The position numbers were made by a program, and so were the translations under genes. Shown here piece by piece: positions 10,047 through 19,119 of a stretch of 64,000 bases of DNA. The stretch's first letter is position 1. Every line of letters begins with the position of its first letter. The notes under the pieces are model-generated. The model saw nothing but the letters and a program-made list of their open reading frames with translations. It had not been told where the DNA came from and did no database searches. The DNA is taken from positions 524,830 through 588,829 of the forward strand of contig CAZQUL010000001.1 of the NCBI GenBank assembly GCA_964596525.1, read 5' to 3'. This stretch comes from an uncultured Gammaproteobacteria bacterium. GTDB lineage: Bacteria; Patescibacteriota; Patescibacteriia; Magasanikbacterales; GWA2-37-8.

Positions 10047-10613
10047 ATGTCGTGCCCCAAGTTTCTGTTCGTTCCGGCGTTTGAAATCAGGCCTGTTGAT
10101 GAGCTTGAGAATACCCGCACCCTCGCCCGACTACGTACCGCGCTTTTCTTGTGGCGCCAGGGCGACCATGAGCGCATTATCGTCTGCGGTGGTCGCTATC
10201 TCCCTCCCGCGGTGCAGCAAACACCGGCAGCCGAGCTCATGAGGGAATGGCTCATTCTGCAGGGAGTGCCCGAAGACAAGATTCTTGTTGAAGCGCATTC
10301 TACGACCACCCGCGAATCCGTCAGTTTCGCACTCGGGCTCGTGCAGCGCGTCGAGTATTCGTTGCCGGTCTCTTTTACCATCGTGAGCGACCATCCTAAT
10401 GCCGTGTGCGTATGGTTGTCGTTGCGTTTAGGGTATGGCCAGCATGCGAATATCCATGTGGTGGAATACCCGGCGGCTTACGCGATCAGTAGCGAGGAGA
10501 ACGCCGCGGCCTGGCGCAACGCGCTCCGTCATATCATGGATCCCCGTGGTGTTGGTAAGGCAGCCGTTGAGCTCGCCAGGCTCCGCCGGGAGATCGCTGC
10601 CCAATATCCGTAG
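10047..10613 (+). CDS. YdcF/DUF218 (SanA/ElyC-like) family protein
   Basis: IIVCGG...AELMREWLILQGVPEDKILVEAHSTTTRES...IVSD; SD GAGGAGGT before ATG 10047. Confidence 0.75.
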   Translation: MSCPKFLFVPAFEIRPVDELENTRTLARLRTALFLWRQGDHERIIVCGGRYLPPAVQQTPAAELMREWLILQGVPEDKILVEAHSTTTRESVSFALGLVQRVEYSLPVSFTIVSDHPNAVCVWLSLRLGYGQHANIHVVEYPAAYAISSEENAAAWRNALRHIMDPRGVGKAAVELARLRREIAAQYP

Positions 10614-10625
10614 ATCGTAGAGTTT

Positions 10626-10652
10626 AAAGACTTGCCCGCGGGCAAGTCTTTT
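10626..10652. terminator. Bidirectional terminator
   Basis: Perfect palindrome AAAGACTTGCCCGCGGGCAAGTCTTT between convergent genes. Confidence 0.75.
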
Positions 10653-10658
10653 GTAGCT

Positions 10659-11846
10659 CTATTTTTTTTCAGCTACAGACTGGATGACGGACGTTAGCTC
10701 GGTTGCGGCGGTAATCCAGGAGAATCGTTTTACACGTTCTTGTCCAGCACGAATAAGATGTTCCCGTGTGGAAGGTGAGTACAGAATCGTGTACAGTGCG
10801 TCCGCGAGCGTGCTGGGACGATGCGGGTCGATGTAATACGCTGCCATGCCCGCAACCTCGGGCGCTGATGAGCGGCTGCTGGTTATGATTGGGGTATCGA
10901 CAGCCATGGCTTCGAGGAGTGGAAATCCGAAGCCTTCGTACCAACTGGGGTATAGAAGCGCCTTGGCACACGCGTAGAGAGCTGGACGATCGGTGGATTC
11001 TGCGTAGCCGATGACATGTACGCGTTCGTGGAGTGCCGAGCGTAGTGTTGTTGACAGCCGTTGCATCAATTTTTCGCGTGGTGGAAATCCCGGACCGCTT
11101 AATACCAAGTGTGTTGCCATGCCGTCGTTTGGAACGGCCGCGGCAAACTCGGCAAAACCAGTTACGATTGCGGTGATATTTTTCCGTTCGTCGTAAGCGC
11201 CGACGTAGAGTACGTAATTATCGGGAAGAGCGTAACGAGTTCGAACAGCTGCTTCGTGCGTGCGGCGTTGTTCGGGCAAGAGTTTTTGGAATGCGGCAAA
11301 ATCGTGCGGCAAGCCAGGGTGAATCACGCTTACAGCCTCTGGCCTAATGCCAAACCATTCAATCACGTCATTTCTCGTGTGGTGTGAAGGGGTAATGATA
11401 TGCGTTACTTGTTGGCAGAGCCGTTTAGGATTGATGGCTCTGTGCCAGAGCCGCTGTTTAGGGGTAAGCAGCCAGGGGAAAAGCGCGAAGGAAATATCGT
11501 GGATGGTAAGAATATGTCGTTCGCCTGGCGTGATGGCTGTAAAATTGATGTTGGGTGAAAAAAAGACATCAGCCTTGCCGGTGAGCCTCGTGAGAGACGG
11601 GCGGCCGAACAAGGTGATGGCGGCGTGCAGAAGTTTGTTCGGGTAGCGGGTGGTTATGTCGCGCACGTGCGGCAGCGAGCGGAATTGTTCGAGTGCAGTG
11701 TTTTTTTTAAACGAGTTGTGGAAGAGGATATACTCGTTGGCTTCGTTGTGTGCAAAAAGAGCCCGGAGAAGTTCAGTCGTTAAGGTGCCGATACCGGTTG
11801 GAAAGGGTGTAGCCAGACAGCGCGTGTCAACGACGACGGTGGCCAT
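10659..11846 (-). CDS. Glycosyltransferase family 4 (mannosyltransferase-like)
   Basis: YPSWYEGFGFPLLEAMA; RKN; TIHDISF. Confidence 0.93.
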   Translation of the reverse strand: MATVVVDTRCLATPFPTGIGTLTTELLRALFAHNEANEYILFHNSFKKNTALEQFRSLPHVRDITTRYPNKLLHAAITLFGRPSLTRLTGKADVFFSPNINFTAITPGERHILTIHDISFALFPWLLTPKQRLWHRAINPKRLCQQVTHIITPSHHTRNDVIEWFGIRPEAVSVIHPGLPHDFAAFQKLLPEQRRTHEAAVRTRYALPDNYVLYVGAYDERKNITAIVTGFAEFAAAVPNDGMATHLVLSGPGFPPREKLMQRLSTTLRSALHERVHVIGYAESTDRPALYACAKALLYPSWYEGFGFPLLEAMAVDTPIITSSRSSAPEVAGMAAYYIDPHRPSTLADALYTILYSPSTREHLIRAGQERVKRFSWITAATELTSVIQSVAEKK

Positions 11847-11850
11847 ATGA

Positions 11851-12975
11851 TTACGCCAACAGTGGCTCGTGCTCCAGATTTTTTCGAAATTCCTGGTAGC
11901 GATCTTCGACGAGCTGCTTTATTGATGTTTTGAAACGGTCGGTGTCGAACTTGACCGCATGTTCGCGGATTTTGGCACTATCCCAGCTCTTGGCATCAAA
12001 ATGCAGTACCGTGTCGAGGAGTGTTTCCCAGGTTTGATCTTTGAATAACACCCCTGTTTCATTGGGGATGACGGTTTCGGCGGCACCGCCTGCTCCGTAA
12101 GCAATAACCGGGCGTCCGCTCGCCATGGCTTCGAGCGGGGTTACGCCGGCATCTTCGAGTTGTGGATGAATGAATGCTTGGGCTTTGCTCAGAAGTTCGG
12201 CCTTTTCTTTGTCGCTTATACGACCCAAAAATTCGATGTTTGGCCGCGCGAGTTTGCGCAGGCGTTCAAATTCTGGTCCGACGCCAAAGATTTTGAGCGG
12301 ATATTTAAGGCGGTTGAAGACATGGATCACTAAATCGAGCCGCTTGTAGGGCACCAGACGACCGCCAGCCACAAAATACGGTTCCACATGATCGCTTACA
12401 AAAAACGTATTGCTTGCGACGGGCGGATAAAGTACAGTGCTGTCGCGGCGGTAGTACTTGGCGATACGACGCTCCACGGTACGCGAATTGGCGATGAAGT
12501 GATCAACGCGCCCGGCGCTCGCGTGATCCCACAAGCGCAACCGGTGCAAGATAGGTTTGAGGAGAAGGGCTTTGGCAATACGGTTGTGAGGGAGCTCGGC
12601 CACGTAATCGTGAGTGTTCGACCACAGGAAACGTGTGGGTGTGTGACAGTAGGAGAGGTGGAGTGTGTGCGGCTGGGTGATAATGCCTTTGGCAAAAGCG
12701 CTCGTTGATGAAATAACCACATCAAAACCGCTCAAATCATAATGTTCGGTCGCGCTCGGCATGAGCGGGAGATACCAGGGGAAATGCGATTTGATGAACG
12801 GGAGTTTGGCCAGCCAGGATTCGTGGATGGTCGCTTGCTTGAAGTAAGGGACCTTTTCGGGGTCGTGGAAGAGCACAAAAATCGGAGCCTGCGGATACAG
12901 CTCGTGCAGGGCCACTAAGACGCGTTCGGCGCCGCCGTCTTGGGCCAGGTAGTCGTGTACGAGGGCGATGTTCAT
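11851..12975 (-). CDS. Glycosyltransferase family 4
   Basis: ALVHDYLAQDGGAERV; YCHTPTR; EDAGVTPLEAMASGRPVIA. Confidence 0.93.
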   Translation of the reverse strand: MNIALVHDYLAQDGGAERVLVALHELYPQAPIFVLFHDPEKVPYFKQATIHESWLAKLPFIKSHFPWYLPLMPSATEHYDLSGFDVVISSTSAFAKGIITQPHTLHLSYCHTPTRFLWSNTHDYVAELPHNRIAKALLLKPILHRLRLWDHASAGRVDHFIANSRTVERRIAKYYRRDSTVLYPPVASNTFFVSDHVEPYFVAGGRLVPYKRLDLVIHVFNRLKYPLKIFGVGPEFERLRKLARPNIEFLGRISDKEKAELLSKAQAFIHPQLEDAGVTPLEAMASGRPVIAYGAGGAAETVIPNETGVLFKDQTWETLLDTVLHFDAKSWDSAKIREHAVKFDTDRFKTSIKQLVEDRYQEFRKNLEHEPLLA

Positions 12976-12989
12976 GAGGATCAGCGTGG

Positions 12990-13052
12990 TAGCTAGTTAG
13001 CTTGTAGCTAGTTAGGAATAATTTTACCTAAAAAGCTACCAGCTAAATAGCT
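12990..13052. repeat. Imperfect 7-8 nt TAGCT(A/T)G tandem repeats arranged as an inverted pair
   Basis: TAGCTAG TTAGCTTG TAGCTAG TTAG ... CTA AAAAGCTA CCAGCTA AATAGCT. Confidence 0.55.
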
Positions 13053-13061
13053 CTTTGCCCG

Positions 13062-14480
13062 TCAAAGTACCCCATCCTTTTTAATTACGGCAAACGGCGT
13101 CTTAAGTATGATAATGAAATCCATGCTCAAACTCCATTGCTCCAAATAGAGCGAGTCGAGCTTGATCTCTTCTTCGAAAGAAAGGCTGCTCCGGCCGGAG
13201 ATCTGCGCCATACCGGTGAGACCGGGTTTTACAACGAGTACGATCTTATGATGGTTGTCGTAGCGGTCTACTTCGCGTGGCTGATGGGGACGGGGGCCGA
13301 CCAGGCTCATGGTCCCTTGGATGACATTGAGAAGCTGTGGTAGCTCGTCGATGCTTGTTGTGCGCAACAAGCGGCCAAGTGGCGTGACGCGGGGATCATC
13401 TTTGATTTTGTAAATCGGACCGCTTTTGATGCTTTGTTTTTTGATAAGCTCCTCTTCTTTTTTAAGGGCAGCGAGGCCGCTCGTGCCAAACTGTTCACCA
13501 GTACAGTCTTTTTGGTACATGGAGCGGAATTTGTACAGCTTGAAGAGTTTGCCTTCTTGTCCGACGCGCGTGTTGTGGTAGAGGATGGGGCGGCCAGTTT
13601 CGATAAGAATGGCGAGCGCGGTAATGAGGTAAATGGGCGAGGAAAGGATGAAAAGTACTGAACCGAGAATGATATCAATGAGTCGTTTGATGATGCCGCC
13701 CCACCCAAAGAGACGGGTGCGTTTTATTTCGACGAGCGGAATGCCGCTTACGGTAGTGATGGAAAAGTTGCTGCTGAGCGTTGAAAACAGATCGGCCGAG
13801 TATTTGAACACTAGATGCTGGTTGTGGGCTGCCTCTACGGCCCGCAAGGCTTCTTCGCTGCCGGTGCCGAAATCAGTGAAAATCACTTCGTCGACCGCGG
13901 TAGGGTCAAATAGCGTGGCCGTTTCCGCGTTGAAGCGGGGAGTGTGGGCCACCACGCGGTAGCCACGACTCGGTTCGTTCTTGAACGTTTGTTTGAGGAC
14001 TTCGGCTGCTCCGGAGTTGCCGATGATGATAACGCGCCGCACGTTTATACCAAGGCGGTAAAGTAGTGTGCGGACAAGGCGTGTAAGGATGTGCCCTGCT
14101 GTAACGAAGATGATGCCGAGTGCCCAACCGACAAGCACGAGGAAACGCGAATCAAAGCGCTGCAGGCTGAAAAAAAGATACATGGTGATGCCTGCAAACC
14201 CTACCGAAGAAGCCAGTACGATGGTAGTGATGTCGCGGGCCAGTTTGCGGTTCGCATCAATACGGTAGAGCCCGCCCAAAGCAAAAAGTATGACCCAGAT
14301 AAGAGCGATCACGAGGACGATGCCCAGGTATTCGTTCCAAGGAAGACGGAAGATGACAGGTCGCACTTCGGTGATGAAAGAAGCGAAGCGCAGATAATAA
14401 GCCGCAATACCGGCTACAACCAGCAATACGTAATCAAGCGGAACATGCCAAGCGGTAAAGGTGGTTTCAAATTTTTTCAT
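13062..14480 (-). CDS. Undecaprenyl-phosphate sugar phosphotransferase (WcaJ/CpsE-type priming glycosyltransferase)
   Basis: N-terminal TM helices; [44 protein letters not shown]; start set at MKKF because the longer ORF runs into the rnpB promoter. Confidence 0.93.
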   Translation of the reverse strand: MKKFETTFTAWHVPLDYVLLVVAGIAAYYLRFASFITEVRPVIFRLPWNEYLGIVLVIALIWVILFALGGLYRIDANRKLARDITTIVLASSVGFAGITMYLFFSLQRFDSRFLVLVGWALGIIFVTAGHILTRLVRTLLYRLGINVRRVIIIGNSGAAEVLKQTFKNEPSRGYRVVAHTPRFNAETATLFDPTAVDEVIFTDFGTGSEEALRAVEAAHNQHLVFKYSADLFSTLSSNFSITTVSGIPLVEIKRTRLFGWGGIIKRLIDIILGSVLFILSSPIYLITALAILIETGRPILYHNTRVGQEGKLFKLYKFRSMYQKDCTGEQFGTSGLAALKKEEELIKKQSIKSGPIYKIKDDPRVTPLGRLLRTTSIDELPQLLNVIQGTMSLVGPRPHQPREVDRYDNHHKIVLVVKPGLTGMAQISGRSSLSFEEEIKLDSLYLEQWSLSMDFIIILKTPFAVIKKDGVL

Positions 14481-14538
14481 AGGGGTAATGGCCTTATTGT
14501 ACGCTCGCTGCCATATGCCGTCAATTGCAGATATTATC

Positions 14539-14567
14539 TTGACAATAAGCCAAAAATACGCTAAAAT
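14539..14567 (+). promoter_or_regulatory. Sigma70 promoter of rnpB
   Basis: TTGACA-17 nt-TAAAAT just upstream of the P1 helix. Confidence 0.8.
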
Positions 14568-14573
14568 CCGGAC

Positions 14574-14988
14574 GATCATACGGGGTAGCCGCTCCTGCCC
14601 AAAGCAGGGGAGGAAAGTCCGAACATTCTGGGTGACGAACGAGGTCTTGCAGTTCGCCGCTCAGTCCGCGCTTTCATGCCTCGTGAAAGCGTGGAGGTGC
14701 TGTGGGTAACACCCACCTCGCCGGTCGCAATACCGGCGACGGGACAGTGGCACAGAGACAATACTATCCCGAGCAATCGGGAGAAAGGTGAAACGTGTCG
14801 GGTCCACCCGACTCGCCGGAGCGGTAACGCTTCGGACGGCAAAACCCACCCAATGCAAGAGCAGCGCGCCGGTTCATCCGGCAGCGAAAAGTTCGCTCGC
14901 TTGAGGAGTGCGGTAACGCACTTCCTAGATAAATGGTTACCTCTTCCGCTTCGGCGGAAAAGACAGAATTCGGCTTATACGTATGATC
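14574..14988 (+). ncRNA. rnpB: RNase P RNA
   Basis: Universal GAGGAAAGTCC and ACAGAATTCGGCTTA motifs; terminal P1 pairing GATCATACG/CGTATGATC. Confidence 0.96.
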
Positions 14989-14991
14989 ACC

Positions 14992-15028
14992 CTACCACCC
15001 TCTTCTAAAAGAGGGTGGTAGTTTTTTA
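14992..15028 (+). terminator. Terminator of rnpB
   Basis: CTACCACCCTCTT...AAGAGGGTGGTAG followed by a T run. Confidence 0.85.
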
Positions 15029-15087
15029 TCCGCTCTCGCCCGGAATCGAAAAATGAAGTATACTACTACCACTTCATTGCACTTCGT

Positions 15088-16023
15088 ATGCCGCCGCAAT
15101 TTCCCGAGCCGCCGAGCCATAGCAAACGACCGGCTGAGTTGAATCGCCGCTATCAGTCGTACGTCGATCCGACCGGTGATTTTGGTGCCAAAGAATTCAC
15201 GTACGGTTTATGGTTCGTAGAGCATAAAGTCGAGTTGTATAAGGCGGCTATTTTTCTTATCGGCCTTTTGGTGGCGCTCACCTGGGTATTTGCACTCGTG
15301 CGGGGCATCGGGCTTATGGTCTACGCGCTTGGCCCTGAGCGCACTCTTTTTCGTGAGATAACTACGTTTGCCGATTATACTGGTGTGGCAACGCGGTTTT
15401 CTGCTGCGCCTCTTCAAGTACTTTCAAGCCAAGTGCTACCGGGCGGCGCGAGCAAGTATGATTTTACCGCCGAAGTGGCCAATCCTAACGATCGTTTTTT
15501 GGCGGCAGTGCGCTACTCCTTTGTCTATGGCGATACCCGCACGCCAGTCCAGACCGCCATTATCCCGCCCGGTGAAACCCGCTTTCTCACACAACTCGGT
15601 GTTGAAGACGATATCGGCGCCGTGCCCTCGACGCTTTCGATTGATGACGTGATGTGGCAGCGTATTGATCCTTACATAGTTCCGAGTACAACGCCGTTTC
15701 GCGCCGAGCGCATGAATTTTTCTTTGTCCGATGTTGAGTTTACGCGGGCCGAAACAACGCCGGGTTTGGCAGCGCATGTCATTCATTTTACTGTTACCAA
15801 TAACTCTCCATTCGGGTTTAAAGACGCGCCGTTCTATGTGGGCCTCTATGCCAATAGTTCGCTCGTTGCCGTCCTGCCCATCGAAATCAAAGATTTCCGT
15901 TCCCTTGAAACCCGCACGCTCGACATTCGGAGTTTCATCCCTAATCTTATCGTTACCGACGCTGTACTCTATCCGCGGATCAATATTTATGATCCGGCAG
16001 TGTATATGGCGCCCGCACAGTAG
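15088..16023 (+). CDS. Membrane-anchored hypothetical protein with two Ig-like beta domains
   Basis: One TM helix; repeated V.N.N/T.NNS...L.P.ETR patterns (FxLYD-like). Confidence 0.75.
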   Translation: MPPQFPEPPSHSKRPAELNRRYQSYVDPTGDFGAKEFTYGLWFVEHKVELYKAAIFLIGLLVALTWVFALVRGIGLMVYALGPERTLFREITTFADYTGVATRFSAAPLQVLSSQVLPGGASKYDFTAEVANPNDRFLAAVRYSFVYGDTRTPVQTAIIPPGETRFLTQLGVEDDIGAVPSTLSIDDVMWQRIDPYIVPSTTPFRAERMNFSLSDVEFTRAETTPGLAAHVIHFTVTNNSPFGFKDAPFYVGLYANSSLVAVLPIEIKDFRSLETRTLDIRSFIPNLIVTDAVLYPRINIYDPAVYMAPAQ

Positions 16024-16110
16024 GATTTTTAGCCACCTTACTGCTTAACCGTTGGAAAAAGACGGTTTTTTTGTTATAACCAGAAAGCGGACTCTAGCTT
16101 TGATTCATCT

Positions 16111-17211
16111 ATGTGGCGTGAACGTTTAAGCAAATTTTCCCCGCGCAGTTTTGACTGGGTCTTGGTTGGCGCAGTGCTTCTTCTTATGGCGCTTGGCCTA
16201 GCGGCAATATACAGCGTTGATTTGTCGCGCGATGTGACGCTTAATTTATTCCGCAAGCAGTTTATCGCCGCGGTGGTCGGCCTGACCGGGCTCGCGGTTG
16301 TAAGCACCTTCCAACCTTCGTGGTTTCGCAGTTCGGCCAAGATGGTGTATGCCGGTGCGGTGCTTGCTCTTGTTGCGGTACTTATTTTTGGCAGCGAGAT
16401 TCGTGGTACCAAAGGCTGGTTTGCGCTACCAGGTTTTTCTTTTCAGCCGGTCGAGTTCGCCAAGGCCGGCGTTATTTTGATACTGGCGGCAATTGCCGGT
16501 AAGTGGGGGCGACGATTCGACCGCATCGTTTTTATTTTTGGCACGGGTTTTTTTATCGCTTTGCCGGCGGGGCTCGTGCTCCTTCAGCCGGATTTGGGCT
16601 CTGCGCTCCTCTTGGTGGCGATATGGTTTGGGATGTTGTGGTTGGCTGGGGTCCGGCTGCGCTATATTGGCGCGATTGTTGCGGTGGGGGCATTGGCGGG
16701 TGTGGCAGCCTGGTTTGTCTATCTTAATCCGTTGCAAAAAGCGCGCCTCACCACGTTTATTGATCCCTATGCCGATCCGACGCGCAACGGTTATAACGTT
16801 ATCCAGTCCATGATCGCGGTTGGTTCGGGCAGTTGGTTTGGTAAAGGCATTGGCCAGGGATCGCAGAGTCAGCTCAGATTTTTGCCCGAAGCGCAAACCG
16901 ACTTTATTTTTTCGGTTATCGCTGAGGAGCTTGGTTTCGTGGGAGCGGTAGCTACATTGGTATTGTTTGGTGTGGTGCTGTGGCGTCTTACGGTCATTAT
17001 GGCGCGGGCGGCGGATGATTTTTCGGCTCTCACGGTCGGAGGCGTAGCGCTTCTGTTTTTCATCCAAGGGTTCGTTAATATCGGTGCGGAAATCGGGATT
17101 TTACCGCTCACAGGTGTAACCGTGCCGTTCGTCAGTTACGGTGGTTCATCGCTTGTCATTAATTTGCTACTTATCGGTGTGGTAGAGTGCATGGTGCCGA
17201 AAAAATATTAA
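16111..17211 (+). CDS. rodA: SEDS family peptidoglycan polymerase RodA/FtsW
   Basis: FQPVEFAK, LQPDLGSA, GYNVIQSMIAVGSG, LPEAQTDFIF, PFVSYGGSS. Confidence 0.9.
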   Translation: MWRERLSKFSPRSFDWVLVGAVLLLMALGLAAIYSVDLSRDVTLNLFRKQFIAAVVGLTGLAVVSTFQPSWFRSSAKMVYAGAVLALVAVLIFGSEIRGTKGWFALPGFSFQPVEFAKAGVILILAAIAGKWGRRFDRIVFIFGTGFFIALPAGLVLLQPDLGSALLLVAIWFGMLWLAGVRLRYIGAIVAVGALAGVAAWFVYLNPLQKARLTTFIDPYADPTRNGYNVIQSMIAVGSGSWFGKGIGQGSQSQLRFLPEAQTDFIFSVIAEELGFVGAVATLVLFGVVLWRLTVIMARAADDFSALTVGGVALLFFIQGFVNIGAEIGILPLTGVTVPFVSYGGSSLVINLLLIGVVECMVPKKY

Positions 17212-17248
17212 CTAGAAAAGCCGAGGCAGATCCTCGGCTTATTGAAGG

Positions 17249-17899
17249 TTACCAGAGATAGTGAGCAAAAAAACGGCGAGAACGCTGCCTGAGGGACGGT
17301 GTGACCATGAATCGTTTCACGCGGTAGCGCCGGGCATCGGTCACGCGTCGGTCAACGAGCATGGTCACGTCAGTGGGCGCCTGACCGGCATTGTCGGTGA
17401 GGGTAATCACGAAGTAATGGTTGTGTTCGTCGCTTTTCACGTAGCGCCAGCAGGGTGGGATCCGCTCGAGCATGTTCTGGTGGTGCAAGGAGAGTTGCCC
17501 GACTTCTCCCGGGGTGCTCGAGAGATTGTTGAAGGCGAGGGTATAGCTCGCATTATCGAGATGGGTGAGAATATCACGCACTCTTTGGTTAAGACGTATG
17601 GCCGCGGGCGGCATCACATCATTCGCAATGGTGACGATGTGGCCTTGGGCAATGGTCTCGGTGTCCAGGTCAAACGTCCGGCGTGTGAGGGCGGTCACGA
17701 TCGTGCCGCCAATGAGCGTGACATATCGGTAGAATGTATTGCCGTCGCGAATTTTTTCTGAGCGCCATAGGGCGTTTTTTATTTCTTGCGCACTGAGCGG
17801 GATGGATACGAAACCGCGCTCGCGACTGCGCGCGAGGGCCTGCTCAACATGTTCCTGAAAAGCCCGGTCGAAGTGTTCGCTTATGGTGCCGTTGATCAT
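17249..17899 (-). CDS. Hypothetical protein
   Basis: SD GGAGG before ATG 17899; 216 codons. Confidence 0.65.
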   Translation of the reverse strand: MINGTISEHFDRAFQEHVEQALARSRERGFVSIPLSAQEIKNALWRSEKIRDGNTFYRYVTLIGGTIVTALTRRTFDLDTETIAQGHIVTIANDVMPPAAIRLNQRVRDILTHLDNASYTLAFNNLSSTPGEVGQLSLHHQNMLERIPPCWRYVKSDEHNHYFVITLTDNAGQAPTDVTMLVDRRVTDARRYRVKRFMVTPSLRQRSRRFFAHYLW

Positions 17900-18041
17900 G
17901 GGTTGTGTCCTCCAAAAGGAAGTACGAAACGTAATGATTATCGACGTGCAGCTCGTTGTCAAGATAGGTGTGCGTATAAAAACAAAGCAGCGCCGGGAAC
18001 CTTGGGCCACAGAGTGGTTAGGTTTCCGGCGCAGGGGCTGG

Positions 18042-18359
18042 CTAGTGCCGCCGCACCTCGAGGACGTCGTAAGCCACGATGTCCTCGTCGCGGAAGCTCA
18101 TGGTGCCCTCGTCGAAGTGGCTGACCTGCACGGTCAGGCTGAGCGCCAGGGTGCGGTGCGGGATGCGGGTGTCGGCGGCTACGCCGGTCACCATCACTCC
18201 GTCGCTCGAGCGGTGCGTCTCGTGCCAGTCGAGTTCGGCAAGGGCCTCGATGACGCCGAGCTGGTGGGGCCAGGTTCCGACCGGGATCGAGGTGAGGCTC
18301 TCACGACGGGCCAGGTTCTGGAGGGCGGTGTTGATGTCGTTTCCGAAGATCTGGGACAT
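18042..18359 (-). CDS. Hypothetical protein (high GC)
   Basis: SD AAGGAG; GC3-rich codons; TTGACA promoter at ~18509-18514. Confidence 0.65.
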   Translation of the reverse strand: MSQIFGNDINTALQNLARRESLTSIPVGTWPHQLGVIEALAELDWHETHRSSDGVMVTGVAADTRIPHRTLALSLTVQVSHFDEGTMSFRDEDIVAYDVLEVRRH

Positions 18360-18624
18360 GTCTGGCTCCTTGCGATCGGTGGCGCTCGTATGAGCAGGAA
18401 AGAACGGCTCAGGTCAGCGAGCCGCGGCGGACGCAACGGACTATATATAGTCCGGTACATTCACCGCATCTCGACGTGACTAAAAACAATATCAAATCTT
18501 TTGATGTTTGTCAAGATATGCTCATTACGTGTGAGGCGGCAGTATTTTTTGGCTAAAATAAAAACCACCAGCCCCGCGTATGCGGTAGCTGGTGTGGTGG
18601 TGGGGCTTGTGGCCCCGACGGCGT

Positions 18625-18930
18625 TTACGAGACGAGCTGCTTGAGCTCCGACTCGCGGCCGATCCAGGCCACGACCGGCTGCGTCCCCGGCGTCTCGGCG
18701 ATGACGAGGAAGTACAAGCCCAGGTCACCGTCCTCAGCCTGGGCCACGGTCAGCTTGGTGCCCTTGAGCACGCCGACCTTCTCAGGCGCGATGCTCCAGG
18801 TCTTCTCCGGGGTCTCCCAGAGACCCTCGAAGAAGTGCAGCTGGAGGTCGAGGCCGTTGGGCAGCATCGACTGCAGGCGGGCCTTGTTGGTGTTGCGGAG
18901 AGCGGCGATGACGAACTCTTCGATTTTCAT
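18625..18930 (-). CDS. Hypothetical protein (high GC)
   Basis: SD GGGAGG; GC3-rich codons; TTGACA promoter at ~19003-19008. Confidence 0.65.
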   Translation of the reverse strand: MKIEEFVIAALRNTNKARLQSMLPNGLDLQLHFFEGLWETPEKTWSIAPEKVGVLKGTKLTVAQAEDGDLGLYFLVIAETPGTQPVVAWIGRESELKQLVS

Positions 18931-19119
18931 GATTCCTCCCTGGTTGACGTCCGTGCAGAGTGCACGGTGGGTAGCTCTACACGTACCTTATTTTAGCAAT
19001 TTTGTCAAGGATCTAGCTCTATTTTAGGCTTATTTTAACATCAATTCTCAAATCAAAAAGGATTGTGCTCTTAGCTTGCGCGTGATAGCCTTAAGAAACA
19101 CCTATTTCTAAGTCCGTGT

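Noticed and set aside
14576-15008. ORFs overlapping rnpB (14676-15008 +, 14576-14842 -)
   Set aside because: The region is explained by RNase P RNA with its own promoter and terminator.
19094-19109. AGAAA-N6-TTTCT dyad upstream of uvrB as an SOS box
   Set aside because: No matching copy upstream of uvrA, and it does not fit a LexA consensus I can support.
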